DNA of 64,000 nucleotides, from contig JAEXDQ010000037.1 in assembly GCA_023401595.1 (NCBI GenBank), positions 31,701 through 95,700 of the forward strand, read 5' to 3'. Each line of letters starts with the position of its first letter. The stretch's first letter is position 1. The DNA comes from Spirochaetota bacterium (GTDB lineage: Bacteria; Spirochaetota; Spirochaetia; Sphaerochaetales; Sphaerochaetaceae). Under the pieces are notes generated by a model. The model ran no database searches. It saw only the letters and a list, made by a program, of their open reading frames with translations, and was not told the DNA's origin. Of the stretch, positions 27,267 through 37,180 are shown in pieces. A program made the position numbers and the translations under genes.

Positions 27267-28769
27267 ATGTTAGAAATGTTTTCCATAGGTTTTTCAGCGA
27301 TACTGACTCCGTTCGTCCTGCTGCTCATTTTCATTGGCAGTATCGTCGGTATCATATTCGGAGCCATTCCAGGTCTGACGGGAGTCATGGCGTTCGCGGT
27401 CTGTCTTCCGCTGACATTCTCCATGACCCCGGTCGCGGCTATGGCGTTCCTCTGCGGTCTGTACCTCGGCAGTTGTTCCGGCGGGCTGATTTCTGCGATC
27501 CTTCTCAAGATTCCAGGAACCATTTCATCGATAGCAACGACATTCGACGGACATCCCATGGCCGAAAAAGGGGAAGCGGGCAAGGCTCTCGGACTTGGAA
27601 TTTTCTCTTCCTTTATCGGCGGTACCATTGGATTCCTGATGCTGTTCTTCATTTCTCCCCCTCTGGCGAAGCTGTCGATCAAATTCAGTGCGGTTGAATA
27701 CGCCGCCGTAGCGTTCTTCGCATTGACACTGATATCCAGCGTCTCGGGGAAATCGATCATTCGCGGATTGATAGGAGCCTTGCTGGGCATTGCGTTCGCA
27801 TTGATCGGAGTATCTTCCATCGACGGAGTCGCACGATTGACTTTCGGTATCAGGAAACTCTATTCCGGCTTAAACGTACTACCGGTGCTGTTGGGCATCT
27901 ATGCGGTGACCTCGATCTACGACCTGGCGGAAGGTATCGATACCGAAATCCAAGGAAAGGCCTACAACTACAAGATAAAAGGCTTCGGCTTCTCCTTGAA
28001 AGAGTATTTCAAGCATTACATCAATATCATCAGATCTTCATTGATCGGCGCAGGAATAGGCATCCTGCCCGGTATCGGCGGTGGTACGTCGAACATCCTC
28101 GCCTATATCGCCGCCCAAAAGACCTCCCGGCATCCTGAAGAATTCGGAACGGGAACCGAGGATGGAATCATCGCCCCGGAATGCGCAAACAACGCCTCAG
28201 TCGGGGGTTCCATGATTCCATTGTTGACACTAGGTATTCCAGGAGACACCGTCACCGCAATATTGATCGGAGCTTTGACGATCCATGGATTGACGCCGGG
28301 ACCGCTCCTGTTCCAGAATAATGGAGATCTGGTCTATGCCATCTTCGCATCCTTGCTGGTCGCGAATCTGATGATCATCATCTCCCAATACGCAGGTATG
28401 CGGTTCTTCGTCAAGCTACTGAGCATTCCGAAGAAATACCTCGTCCCTTGCGTCATCGTCATGTGCGCCATCGGCTCCTTCTGCGTCAATAACCGAGCGT
28501 TCGACATCGTGATATTGCTGTTCTTCAGCTTGCTCGGGTATGTCATGAAAAAGCTCGACATCCCCTTCACCCCGTTTGTAATCGGCTTCATACTCGGTCC
28601 CATGTTCGAGATCAATTTCCGCAGGGCGCTGATGCTTTCGGAAGGAAGCTTCCTCCCCTTCATCACAAAGCCCATTTCCTTGGTGTTCCTGCTCTGCGCG
28701 GTTCTGTCGATCGTGTTCGCCGTAATAAATGAGCTAAAAAAAAGAAAGGAGCAGGTACATGCCGGCTGA
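27267..28769 (+). CDS. tctA: TctA-family large permease subunit
   Basis: This is a 500-aa polytopic membrane protein with typical TctA Gly-rich loops (GAIPGLTG, LPGIGGGTSN). Confidence 0.85.
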   Translation: MLEMFSIGFSAILTPFVLLLIFIGSIVGIIFGAIPGLTGVMAFAVCLPLTFSMTPVAAMAFLCGLYLGSCSGGLISAILLKIPGTISSIATTFDGHPMAEKGEAGKALGLGIFSSFIGGTIGFLMLFFISPPLAKLSIKFSAVEYAAVAFFALTLISSVSGKSIIRGLIGALLGIAFALIGVSSIDGVARLTFGIRKLYSGLNVLPVLLGIYAVTSIYDLAEGIDTEIQGKAYNYKIKGFGFSLKEYFKHYINIIRSSLIGAGIGILPGIGGGTSNILAYIAAQKTSRHPEEFGTGTEDGIIAPECANNASVGGSMIPLLTLGIPGDTVTAILIGALTIHGLTPGPLLFQNNGDLVYAIFASLLVANLMIIISQYAGMRFFVKLLSIPKKYLVPCVIVMCAIGSFCVNNRAFDIVILLFFSLLGYVMKKLDIPFTPFVIGFILGPMFEINFRRALMLSEGSFLPFITKPISLVFLLCAVLSIVFAVINELKKRKEQVHAG

Positions 28770-30219
28770 CGTCCATTGCAATGTCCTGCTGATCAATGTG
28801 GACCAATGGTCCGGCAACTTTCTTTCCTGCATGGGCTCGAAGGTCATGACCCCTACTATCGACTCCCTGTGCGCGATCGGGACGCAGTTTGTCAATGCAT
28901 ACAGTTCAACACCGGTCTGCATCCCCGCGCGCAGGGAGATTCTCTGCGGGTGCGACGCAAAGGCCCATGGGGACAGGACGTTCGAAGTGACCAAGGAGAT
29001 GCCGAAAGGGATGCCGACTATCGCGGAGGTATTCAGCTCCGCCGGTTACCAGACGTTCGCGTCAGGCAAGCTGCATGTCTATCCGCAGCGATCCAGAGCA
29101 GGATTCGACGATGTATATCTCATGGAGGAGGGGCGTCACTATCTGGATGTGAAATTCGATGATTACGAACGATATCTGATGCTGAACGGCCGGACGGGCG
29201 AAGAATACGGCCATTGCATGTGCAACAATGACTATCTAGTGAATCCTTGGCATCTTGAGGATAAGTTTCATCCGACAAACTGGATTACCCGCCAGATGTG
29301 TGAAGCCATCCTTCGCCGGGACTCTTCCCGACCTGCGTTCTGGTATCTCTCATATAATCATCCGCATCCCCCGTTGGCTCCCCTAAAACAATATCTCGAC
29401 CTGTATGAGGACGTGGAGATTGCGTTCCCGCCGATCGGGGAATGGGCGAAGCATCAAGAAGACGGGCCGGAATTCTGCAAGAACTATTGGGACTTGTTCT
29501 CGCACATGAAGGATCCAGAAATGGTGAAACGGGCGATCAAGGGATATTTCGCCCTGTGTACACATATCGACCACCAGATCCGGTTGGTATTGGGTACGCT
29601 CCGCGAGCAGGGAATCCTTGACGATACAGCGATCGCGTTCATCGCCGATCATGGTGAAATGCTGGGGACACACAATCTGTGGCAAAAAAACATGTTCTAC
29701 GAGAATTCCGCGAAGGTTCCATGCATTATCGTCCCTCCTGTCGGTTCCGACAAGCTTCGGGAGCATTATCGCGACGAACGGTTGGTTCAGCTACGGGACG
29801 TCATGCCGACATTGCTCGACATCGCCGGCGTTTCAATACCGGAGAGCGTCAACGGGATGAGTCTTGCGATGGACGGCGCGTTGAATTCCCGTGACTACAT
29901 CTACGGAGAGCTATGGGAGGACATACGGACGTCACGGATGATCAGAAAAGGAAAGTACAAGCTTATCTACAGTCCGTATGGGAATCGATTCCAATTGTTC
30001 GATCTTGAACAGGATCCGTATGAATGCAAGGATCTTGCACAGGCGCCGGAAAAACAGGCGGTAAAGAAGGAACTGACCAAGCTGTTGACGGACAATCTGT
30101 ATGGACAGGATCTCAGCTGGCTGGACGACCAGGGACGTCTTGTGGGATGCGATATTGTTGAAAAGAATACGAATGTACTTGGAAAGCACGATTTTCTCTT
30201 GCAAAGAGGGTACCGATAA
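28759..30219 (+). CDS. Formylglycine-type sulfatase (arylsulfatase A family)
   Basis: An N-terminal NVLLINVDQW is followed by the sulfatase signature C-x-P-x-R (TPVCIPARREI). Its start overlaps the tctA stop by 11 nt. Confidence 0.85.
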   Translation: MPADVHCNVLLINVDQWSGNFLSCMGSKVMTPTIDSLCAIGTQFVNAYSSTPVCIPARREILCGCDAKAHGDRTFEVTKEMPKGMPTIAEVFSSAGYQTFASGKLHVYPQRSRAGFDDVYLMEEGRHYLDVKFDDYERYLMLNGRTGEEYGHCMCNNDYLVNPWHLEDKFHPTNWITRQMCEAILRRDSSRPAFWYLSYNHPHPPLAPLKQYLDLYEDVEIAFPPIGEWAKHQEDGPEFCKNYWDLFSHMKDPEMVKRAIKGYFALCTHIDHQIRLVLGTLREQGILDDTAIAFIADHGEMLGTHNLWQKNMFYENSAKVPCIIVPPVGSDKLREHYRDERLVQLRDVMPTLLDIAGVSIPESVNGMSLAMDGALNSRDYIYGELWEDIRTSRMIRKGKYKLIYSPYGNRFQLFDLEQDPYECKDLAQAPEKQAVKKELTKLLTDNLYGQDLSWLDDQGRLVGCDIVEKNTNVLGKHDFLLQRGYR

Positions 30220-30266
30220 GACAGACAATGTCATATCTCAATTTCATCCCACACATAGGAGCTAAA

Positions 30267-30956
30267 ATGGAAAACATACAAGACAACATGGAATTCTTCT
30301 CTGGTTTGCTGGACATGTTGGCGGCGCATCTGGGCGACAACTATGAAATAGTGCTGCACGACTGGTCCAGACCATACGAACATACGATCGTCGATATCAG
30401 GAACAATGGCATCACGAACAGGAACATCAACGATTGTGGCAGCAACCTGGGCCTGGAAGTCATGCGGGGAGATACAAAAGGCGCCGACAGATACAACTAC
30501 ATCACCAAGACGAAGGATGGAAAGACACTGAGATCTTCAAGCCACTATATCAGGAATTCAGAAGGCAAGATCATAGGGGCCTTGTGTATCAATACGGATA
30601 TCTCCGATACTTTGCAGTTCGAACGATACCTGCAAAAACACAACATGTATGATCTCGGACACAAGAAGTCGGAAGAGTTCTTCGCGAACGATGTCAATGA
30701 ACTGCTCGACTACTATATTGAAGAGACGCAGGTGACGATCAACAAGCCGATATCGAACATGGACAAGAACGACAAGATACGTTTCTTGGGAATCCTGGAC
30801 AAGAAAGGAGCCTTCCTGATCAGCAAATCGAGCGAGAAGCTCTGCACTATCCTAGGCGTTTCGAAATTCACCTTCTACAACTATCTTGAGCTGGCGAGGG
30901 AAAAAGTGGGACAGGAACAGAAAGGAACCGAAGAGGGCAACAAACAAGGTTCCTGA
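30267..30956 (+). CDS. YheO-like PAS-domain / HTH transcriptional regulator
   Basis: FFSGLLDMLAAHLGDNYEIVLHDWS..HTIVDIRNNGITNR matches the YheO-like PAS pattern, and the C-terminus LCTILGVSKFTFYNYL is an HTH. The ATG at 30267 follows AGGAGC. Confidence 0.7.
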   Translation: MENIQDNMEFFSGLLDMLAAHLGDNYEIVLHDWSRPYEHTIVDIRNNGITNRNINDCGSNLGLEVMRGDTKGADRYNYITKTKDGKTLRSSSHYIRNSEGKIIGALCINTDISDTLQFERYLQKHNMYDLGHKKSEEFFANDVNELLDYYIEETQVTINKPISNMDKNDKIRFLGILDKKGAFLISKSSEKLCTILGVSKFTFYNYLELAREKVGQEQKGTEEGNKQGS

Positions 30957-30968
30957 TTATTTTCACCA

Positions 30969-32327
30969 ATGGGAGAGATTATGAATATTGATGTTTTCAT
31001 CGAACTGGTCGTCTTTCAGTCCGAAGGCGTCCAACATGTCTTTGACTTTCTAGAAAAGAATCGGATCAAACATATCACGATATCCCCCCAGTATTTTGTT
31101 GAGACGGGGAACATGGACGACCTGCGGCTGCCTCCGCTCGACCTGGATGGTCAGGCGCGGGAACTGGAACGGCCGTTGTTCAATGGGGAGACAGTGAAAT
31201 ATGGTAAGAAATACCTCTGTTTTACTCCAGATGAAACTTTGTACGCAAAAACGTCCTACCGACCGGATTATCGGAATTCTGATACGGATTTTTGCGCGGA
31301 GGTCGTTCAGGAAGCAAAAAAACGTGGAATCAGGGTTTCAATCTTCATGCCAAACGTTCCGAAAGGCGGCTACCGGCCGGAAGACCGACCGGTCGATGTG
31401 TATGGGAAGACGCAGATTCCCAAAATATCCAACGAAGCATGCAGGAACTCTGACAACGTAGTCCAATACTACATCGCTCTCGCAAAGGATCTGCTCAGAG
31501 TTTATCACCCCGATGAAATCATGCTAGATTGGATGGAGTTCACCGACTATTTCTTCTCAGACAATCTCCTCTGTTTCTGCGACAGCTGCAAAAAGAAAAT
31601 GAAGCGACATGGATATTCCGTAGAACGACTGGAGCAGTCCGCTACCGATGTCTTCGACTGGGTACGGGTTCAATCTGCCGCGCCAGTATTCGAGGACCTA
31701 GGATGGGATGGGATCTGGAACCAGATCAGTCCGGGGATAAAGGAACTGTTCGCATTCAAGCGCAAAGCGGTTGAAGATCTCCTGCTCACCTTCAGGGATG
31801 AACTGGACGCCGTCGGTGGAAAGGACGTCGCTCTATTGTTCACAGGCTTCGGGCTGCCGATGAACAAGGCCACTGGACTTGACCAGAATCTCTGCGGAGG
31901 GCAGAAGAATCTACGAATCCAATCGAAAGCCTATCGGTTCCATTGGGGACTCATGGTCAGATGGTATGCGCAGGAGCTTGCGCAAATCAACGGAAAGACT
32001 CTGGCGGAGGATTGGATACCGTTTGCCAAGAATCTTTTGGAGGTCCAGGATGAATCTCTGGATATCGAACATTTCAGGATGCCAAGCCCAGATGAGATCG
32101 GACCGGTCGATTTTAGTTCTGAATGCAGGAAAGTGGAGGAAACCTTGCGAAATGCAACGGACAAATCCCGGGCATCGATAAGAATACATGGTTATGGTCC
32201 TGTAGAAGTCTTCACAGACCGTGTCGCATTCGCGGCGCAATGCGGATACCAGGACATTTCCGTCCAGCGCTATGGCTATCTGTGCGATGCGAAAATCAAT
32301 TCTCTAAGGAAGTACAACGGACAATGA
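30969..32327 (+). CDS. Hypothetical protein (possibly a glycoside-hydrolase-like TIM barrel)
   Basis: This long ORF has an ATGA overlap with the next gene. I recognise no firm family. An alternative ATG at 30981 follows GGGAGAG. Confidence 0.5.
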   Translation: MGEIMNIDVFIELVVFQSEGVQHVFDFLEKNRIKHITISPQYFVETGNMDDLRLPPLDLDGQARELERPLFNGETVKYGKKYLCFTPDETLYAKTSYRPDYRNSDTDFCAEVVQEAKKRGIRVSIFMPNVPKGGYRPEDRPVDVYGKTQIPKISNEACRNSDNVVQYYIALAKDLLRVYHPDEIMLDWMEFTDYFFSDNLLCFCDSCKKKMKRHGYSVERLEQSATDVFDWVRVQSAAPVFEDLGWDGIWNQISPGIKELFAFKRKAVEDLLLTFRDELDAVGGKDVALLFTGFGLPMNKATGLDQNLCGGQKNLRIQSKAYRFHWGLMVRWYAQELAQINGKTLAEDWIPFAKNLLEVQDESLDIEHFRMPSPDEIGPVDFSSECRKVEETLRNATDKSRASIRIHGYGPVEVFTDRVAFAAQCGYQDISVQRYGYLCDAKINSLRKYNGQ

Positions 32328-33208
32328 TGGACTTGCAAGCGACACCGATCGTCGATATGGTATCATCGCTCGGGGAATCTCCCGTATGGGATCCCAGGAC
32401 CGAACGATTGTACTGGATCGACTATACGGAGAAAAAAATCAATTGGTATGCGCCGGGAACAGGGAACTGCTCGACGTTCCAGCTCGATGTGACACCTGGT
32501 TGCGTGGCGCCGACGGAGCAAGGCGACCTGCTGGTAGGATACGAACACGAAATAGGGTTGTTCGATATGGAATCCGAACAGCTCTCGACCTTGTTCGCCC
32601 CGGAGACAGGCAAGGACTACAACCATTTCAATGATGGCAAATGTGATGCGGCGGGAAGGTTCTGGATTGGCTCCATAACGGAGACGCAGGATTGGCCCGG
32701 CGCGGCTTTTTACCGGATCGATGGCAAAACCGGCTGTGAGATGGTATTCGACAAGGTCACGACTTCAAACGGTCTGGCCTGGTCCCCTGACAATAAGACG
32801 TTCTATTACATCGATACCATGACTTATTGTGTCGCGGCATTCGATTTCGACCTTGAAAGAGGGACATTGTCCGGTAAAAGGATTGTCATCGATTTCCATC
32901 AGGAAGCAGGCCGGCCCGATGGTATGACGATCGATGAGGAAGGCTTTCTGTGGATCGCGCATTGGAACGGAGGCATGATATCCAGATGGAATCCGCACAC
33001 CGGCGTCTGTGTAATGAGAATACCCGTTCCGGCCTACAATGTCACATCCTGCTATTTCGGCGGCACCGCCAGGGACAGGCTGTATGTAACGTCCGCCAGG
33101 GTGGAAACGAACGAAGAGAAGCTCCGACGATATCCGCTGAGTGGACAGACGTTCGTCTTGCGGACTGGGGTAGCGGGACTACCTACGAATTTCGTCAAAG
33201 GAATGTAA
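32324..33208 (+). CDS. SMP-30/gluconolactonase/LRE-family lactonase
   Basis: It carries ESPVWDPRTERLYWIDY, NDGKCDAAGRFWIG, SNGLAWSPD and PDGMTIDEEGFLWIAHW, consistent with beta-propeller lactonase motifs. The ATG at 32324 overlaps the previous stop. Confidence 0.8.
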   Translation: MMDLQATPIVDMVSSLGESPVWDPRTERLYWIDYTEKKINWYAPGTGNCSTFQLDVTPGCVAPTEQGDLLVGYEHEIGLFDMESEQLSTLFAPETGKDYNHFNDGKCDAAGRFWIGSITETQDWPGAAFYRIDGKTGCEMVFDKVTTSNGLAWSPDNKTFYYIDTMTYCVAAFDFDLERGTLSGKRIVIDFHQEAGRPDGMTIDEEGFLWIAHWNGGMISRWNPHTGVCVMRIPVPAYNVTSCYFGGTARDRLYVTSARVETNEEKLRRYPLSGQTFVLRTGVAGLPTNFVKGM

Positions 33209-33209
33209 C

Positions 33210-34370
33210 ATGAATCAGAAGCTTCTCATACGGGACGTGGGGTCCACTTATTCGATTCCCTCCCTGATAGGAAAAAAGGTTTCGTTGCTGATAGATGAGA
33301 ATGGCATGATTGAACGGATCGGCGATATCAAGGCCGAGGCATCATACCGGGTACTCGACGCATCGGGTCTTGCCTTGTCTCCAGGATGGGTCGATGTTCA
33401 TACGCATGTCTACGACGGTGTCTGCGATATCGGACTCGATCCCGACCTCATAGGTCCGGCAACCGGGGTCACGGCACTGGTCGACGCAGGGTCGGCAGGG
33501 CACGTAAACTATCAAGGGTTCAAGAAATATATTATCGATAGCCACGACTATGGTATCTATGAGTTCCTGAACTACGGGTCAATCGGGATATCACGGTGCA
33601 ATGTCATCTGTGACTATGAGACCGACGACTTCATCCAACCGGAAGAGACGATAGCATGCATCAATGCGAACAAGGATCGGATTCGAGGGGTGAAGGTCAG
33701 GGCATGCAAGGTGGTGTTGAAGCATAGAGGCCTGGAGGTGGTACAGGGAGCGAAGGCTGTAGCAAGGGCTGTAGGACTCCCGTTGATGGTCCATGTGGGG
33801 GAACCCGGCCCTACCCTGTCGGATATCCTTGACGTGCTGGAGGCTGGAGACATCGTGACCCACTGTTTCCATGGAAAACCAGGCAACATACTGGTTCCAG
33901 GAACAGATCGTATCATCGATGCCGCGGTCGAGGCGAAGGCCCGGGGCGTATTGTTCGATATCGGACATGGTGCGGCGAGTTTCAACGTCAGCGTCGGCAA
34001 GACCTGCATATCCCAGGGCTTCCTTCCCGATTTGATTGGTTCGGATTTGCACACGGTCAGCATCGCGAAAAACGCTGTCAATCTACCGGTTACGATGTCG
34101 AAGATACAGTCCTGCGGGCTATCTTCCGAACAGGTGGTGGACTGTGTCACGACCCATGCTCGGAATGTGTTGGGTATCGAGAGCTTCCAGCAAGCATCGC
34201 TGATAGGGACACGTGCTGATTTCACGTTGTTCCAGGAAAATCACGCTGCACGGACATATTACGATGCGAGCGACAACAGGATTGACACGTCGTTGCAGTA
34301 TGTACCTCGGTATACAATCTACGGTTCCGAAGTCGTGCGGTGTACATGTGGCGCAGAAAGGAGTGAATGA
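33210..34370 (+). CDS. Amidohydrolase/deacetylase-family metallohydrolase
   Basis: It has the HxH motif PGWVDVHTHVY and later MVHVGEP and HCFHG metal-ligand blocks. Confidence 0.75.
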   Translation: MNQKLLIRDVGSTYSIPSLIGKKVSLLIDENGMIERIGDIKAEASYRVLDASGLALSPGWVDVHTHVYDGVCDIGLDPDLIGPATGVTALVDAGSAGHVNYQGFKKYIIDSHDYGIYEFLNYGSIGISRCNVICDYETDDFIQPEETIACINANKDRIRGVKVRACKVVLKHRGLEVVQGAKAVARAVGLPLMVHVGEPGPTLSDILDVLEAGDIVTHCFHGKPGNILVPGTDRIIDAAVEAKARGVLFDIGHGAASFNVSVGKTCISQGFLPDLIGSDLHTVSIAKNAVNLPVTMSKIQSCGLSSEQVVDCVTTHARNVLGIESFQQASLIGTRADFTLFQENHAARTYYDASDNRIDTSLQYVPRYTIYGSEVVRCTCGAERSE

Positions 34371-35470
34371 TGGACATCTATGAAAAGCTAGGAATCAGGA
34401 AGGTCATCAACGCCCAGGGAACGTTGACGAAGCTGGGAGGTTCCTTAATGGATCCCAGCGTATTTGACGCCATGAGAGAGGCGGGAGCGGCATTCGTCGA
34501 TATCAATGAGTTACATCGAAAGGCGGGAGAATATATCGCAAGATTGCTTGGGGTAGACGCCGCATGCATTACGAACGGAGCCAGCGCGGGTATCGCGATC
34601 AGCGCCGCGGCTTGTATCGCGGGTTGCGATAAGGGCCGTATCCTGCAGCTACCGAATACCGAAGGCTTGAAGAACGAGGTCATCATGCTCAAGGCCCACA
34701 GGAATCTGTACGACCAGGCGTTGCTGCTTTCCGGCGCTAGAATCGTGGAGCTGGGTTTTACCTCGTTCAGCTGTCCGGAGATGCTGGAGAACGCTATAAC
34801 CGATAGGACGGCGATGTTCTTCTATGCGTCCGAAGCGGAGTCCATGCGAGGCTCAATACCGGTGGAACAGCTCGTCCCCATATTGAAGAAGCATGGCGTT
34901 CCGCTGGTGGTTGACGCCGCAGCTGAACTGCCTCCTGTTAAAAACATTACGAAATACCTGGAACTGGGCGCCGATCTTGTCGTCTTCAGTGGCGGCAAGG
35001 AAATTCGCGGGCCGCAATCCGCGGGATTCATCCTCGGTAAACAGGAGTTGATTCGAGCCTGCGATGAAAACTGCTGCCCTCACCACAGCATCGGCAGGTC
35101 CATGAAGATCGATAAAGAGACAATCGGCGGTATCGTGCGTGCGGTGGAACTATTCCGTGAACGTGACTACGACCAACAGATGCAGGTCTGGCATGACTGG
35201 GTACGTCTGATCTGCGATAGGACGTCTGACCTGACGAAGGTCAACGGGAAAATAGGTTATCCGACCGAACCCGGCGTTCAACCGAATATCATACCTCGTT
35301 TCTATTTTCATGTGGATGGTCTTTGTCCCGAGGAAGTACAACGGAAACTAGCTGATGGGGATCCTGCGATACAAGTCGGCATAGAGAATGGTTGGATAGC
35401 GGTAAATCCGCAGTGTCTTCAGGAGATGGAGCTGGAAACGGTCATCCTGGCGATACGGAACATAAGATAA
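34367..35470 (+). CDS. SelA-fold PLP enzyme, DgaE-like (D-glucosaminate-6-phosphate ammonia-lyase family)
   Basis: The N-terminus reads IYEKLGIRKVINAQGTLTKLGGS. The PLP-lysine block VVFSGGKEIRGPQSAGFILG resembles SelA FSGDKLLGGPQAG. Confidence 0.7.
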   Translation: MMDIYEKLGIRKVINAQGTLTKLGGSLMDPSVFDAMREAGAAFVDINELHRKAGEYIARLLGVDAACITNGASAGIAISAAACIAGCDKGRILQLPNTEGLKNEVIMLKAHRNLYDQALLLSGARIVELGFTSFSCPEMLENAITDRTAMFFYASEAESMRGSIPVEQLVPILKKHGVPLVVDAAAELPPVKNITKYLELGADLVVFSGGKEIRGPQSAGFILGKQELIRACDENCCPHHSIGRSMKIDKETIGGIVRAVELFRERDYDQQMQVWHDWVRLICDRTSDLTKVNGKIGYPTEPGVQPNIIPRFYFHVDGLCPEEVQRKLADGDPAIQVGIENGWIAVNPQCLQEMELETVILAIRNIR

Positions 35471-35488
35471 CGATTTGGAGGTTGCATT

Positions 35489-35950
35489 ATGCGAATAGAA
35501 CAGAAGCTGAGTGAGATGGGTATCGACCTGCCGAAAATTCCCCCTCTCGCCGGCATGTACAAGAGGGTACGACAAGTGGGGAACCTATTGTTCGTCTCCG
35601 GGCAGGGACCTACGTTGAACGGCGAAGCATTGGTCTCCGGCAAGGTAGGCGATACCTGTACGCTGGAAGACGGACAATATGCGGCGAAACTGTGTACAAT
35701 CAATGCGCTGAGCGTCTTGAAGGATTATCTCGGGAACCTGGACAGGATCAAAAGCTTCGTAAAGATACTCGGGTTCGTAGCCAGTGCGAATGGTTTTGCG
35801 CAACAGCCTTCGGTAATGGACGGAGCCTCTCTGTTTCTTCAGGAGGTATTCGGCGATGCGGGAGTCGCGGCGAGGTCGGCGATCGGTTCCAATCAGCTGC
35901 CAAACGATATCACCGTTGAAATCGAATATATCGTTGAAATAGACGTATGA
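35489..35950 (+). CDS. ridA: RidA-family enamine/imine deaminase
   Basis: This 153-aa protein has GNLLFVSGQGP and a C-terminal VEIEYIVE, typical of YjgF/RidA proteins. Confidence 0.85.
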   Translation: MRIEQKLSEMGIDLPKIPPLAGMYKRVRQVGNLLFVSGQGPTLNGEALVSGKVGDTCTLEDGQYAAKLCTINALSVLKDYLGNLDRIKSFVKILGFVASANGFAQQPSVMDGASLFLQEVFGDAGVAARSAIGSNQLPNDITVEIEYIVEIDV

Positions 35951-35984
35951 CGCCCTCACTTTGCAACTGAGTCCCCCACACTTC

Positions 35985-36013
35985 CACAGCGGCCCTGCCG
36001 CTGTGTTTTTTTA
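35985..36013 (+). terminator. Rho-independent terminator after ridA
   Basis: A GC-rich stem (cacagcgg(c) / (g)ccgctgtg) is followed by seven Ts. Confidence 0.8.
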
Positions 36014-36272
36014 TCCTGCTACTCGATAGCGCCAAAACTCAAATAGATGGTTTCCGGTTGTAATCCATCTATCCGTTGCCTTTTCCCTCAATCAGAAACG
36101 TATAGATTGCGCTTTTCATGACATTAAGAAAATAATGATATTTCTCAAGGAATTTTCCTTTACAAACGACATATTCCATCCTACCATCTCACGAGATACA
36201 GCATTGCTTACAGACAATACACATAACCGATAGACGTATATTCCGAGAGGAATATCTGACCGAGGAGGAAAA

Positions 36273-36809
36273 ATGATTACCGATTATGTGAATGCCACCG
36301 TACACGACATACGGAAAGAAAAGCAACTCGACATACAAGATCTGTCTGGTCCAGAAGGACCTTCAAAACATTATCTCACCTACCTCCCCTGTTCATGGAA
36401 TCCTCGGCTTGATACTTTGACAAAGATCGCGGCACGATTGAATACGACAATGCTGGAAATTCTGCGAAGGGCAACGGACAAAGCATATGAAGCCGGCGAT
36501 ACGGAAGCGCCAGCCCCGGAAAGTTACGAAGCTCCCCGGCACCTCGTCTGTTTCTTTCCAGACAATGTCCATGAATATTTCGGTGTCACGCTCAGGGAAC
36601 TGAGGAAAACTCAAGGGCTCAGCCTTGAGCAGCTCGCGGCAAGAACCAGAATCGACAAAGCGAATATCAGTCACCGGGAAACCGGTAGCACCGGGGCGAT
36701 CACGCCGACCCTACTCTATCTTGAGGTCCTGGCCGACGGACTGGAAATCTCATTGCTGGAGTTCGTGGAACGAATGCTGGAGGCCGCCTATGAACGCAAG
36801 CGGTATTGA
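36273..36809 (+). CDS. Protein with two tandem XRE-type HTH domains
   Basis: The second domain is clear (LRELRKTQGLSLEQLAARTRIDKANISHRETG..LLYLEVLADGLEISLLEF). The first is more degenerate (VHDIRKEKQLDIQDLS..LDTLTKIAARLNTTMLEIL). Confidence 0.6.
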   Translation: MITDYVNATVHDIRKEKQLDIQDLSGPEGPSKHYLTYLPCSWNPRLDTLTKIAARLNTTMLEILRRATDKAYEAGDTEAPAPESYEAPRHLVCFFPDNVHEYFGVTLRELRKTQGLSLEQLAARTRIDKANISHRETGSTGAITPTLLYLEVLADGLEISLLEFVERMLEAAYERKRY

Positions 36810-37114
36810 CGGTCCCTTGCGGGCGTCGGCTCATAGGGCCAATCAGGAACCCAGGATCATCGACGTGGAGGTCCATGAAGTGACGACACAGGGTATCCAT
36901 GAAATAAAAAGGACATCCTACGACCGGATTCGACGTCTCAGTCTGGTGCGACCGTTCCACCGGCATACGGATCCAATACTTCGCGTTCCTATCCGTGTTC
37001 TTGACCCGACCCATAAGACCGCAAGGATAGCTCTTCCTCTGCACCACATTAAACGATTCAGATACGGTTGGTCGAGAAGCGCCTCGCGAATGCTGAACCA
37101 ATAACGTCGCTTGA

Positions 37115-37180
37115 GGGTCGATCTAGGGTCACTCTAGGGTCACTCTAGGGTCACTCTAGGGTCGATCGGTGGTCACTGAA
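37115..37180. repeat. Six tandem 11-bp units (consensus GGGTCACTCTA)
   Basis: The units read directly as gggtcgatcta gggtcactcta gggtcactcta gggtcactcta gggtcgatcgg tggtcactgaa. The period is about one helical turn. Confidence 0.9.

Noticed and set aside
36625-37104. ORFs 36625-37104 (+) and 36700-37101 (-), between the double-HTH gene and the 11-bp repeats. I considered them as a possible integrase or antirepressor remnant.
   Set aside because: Both overlap the 3' end of the double-HTH gene. I recognise no family motif and neither has a good SD, so the sequence alone cannot support them. A tblastx search could revisit this.
37115-37180. The tandem repeat array, considered as a CRISPR array.
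   Set aside because: The units are 11 bp and directly abutting with no spacers, and there are no cas genes. It is not a CRISPR.
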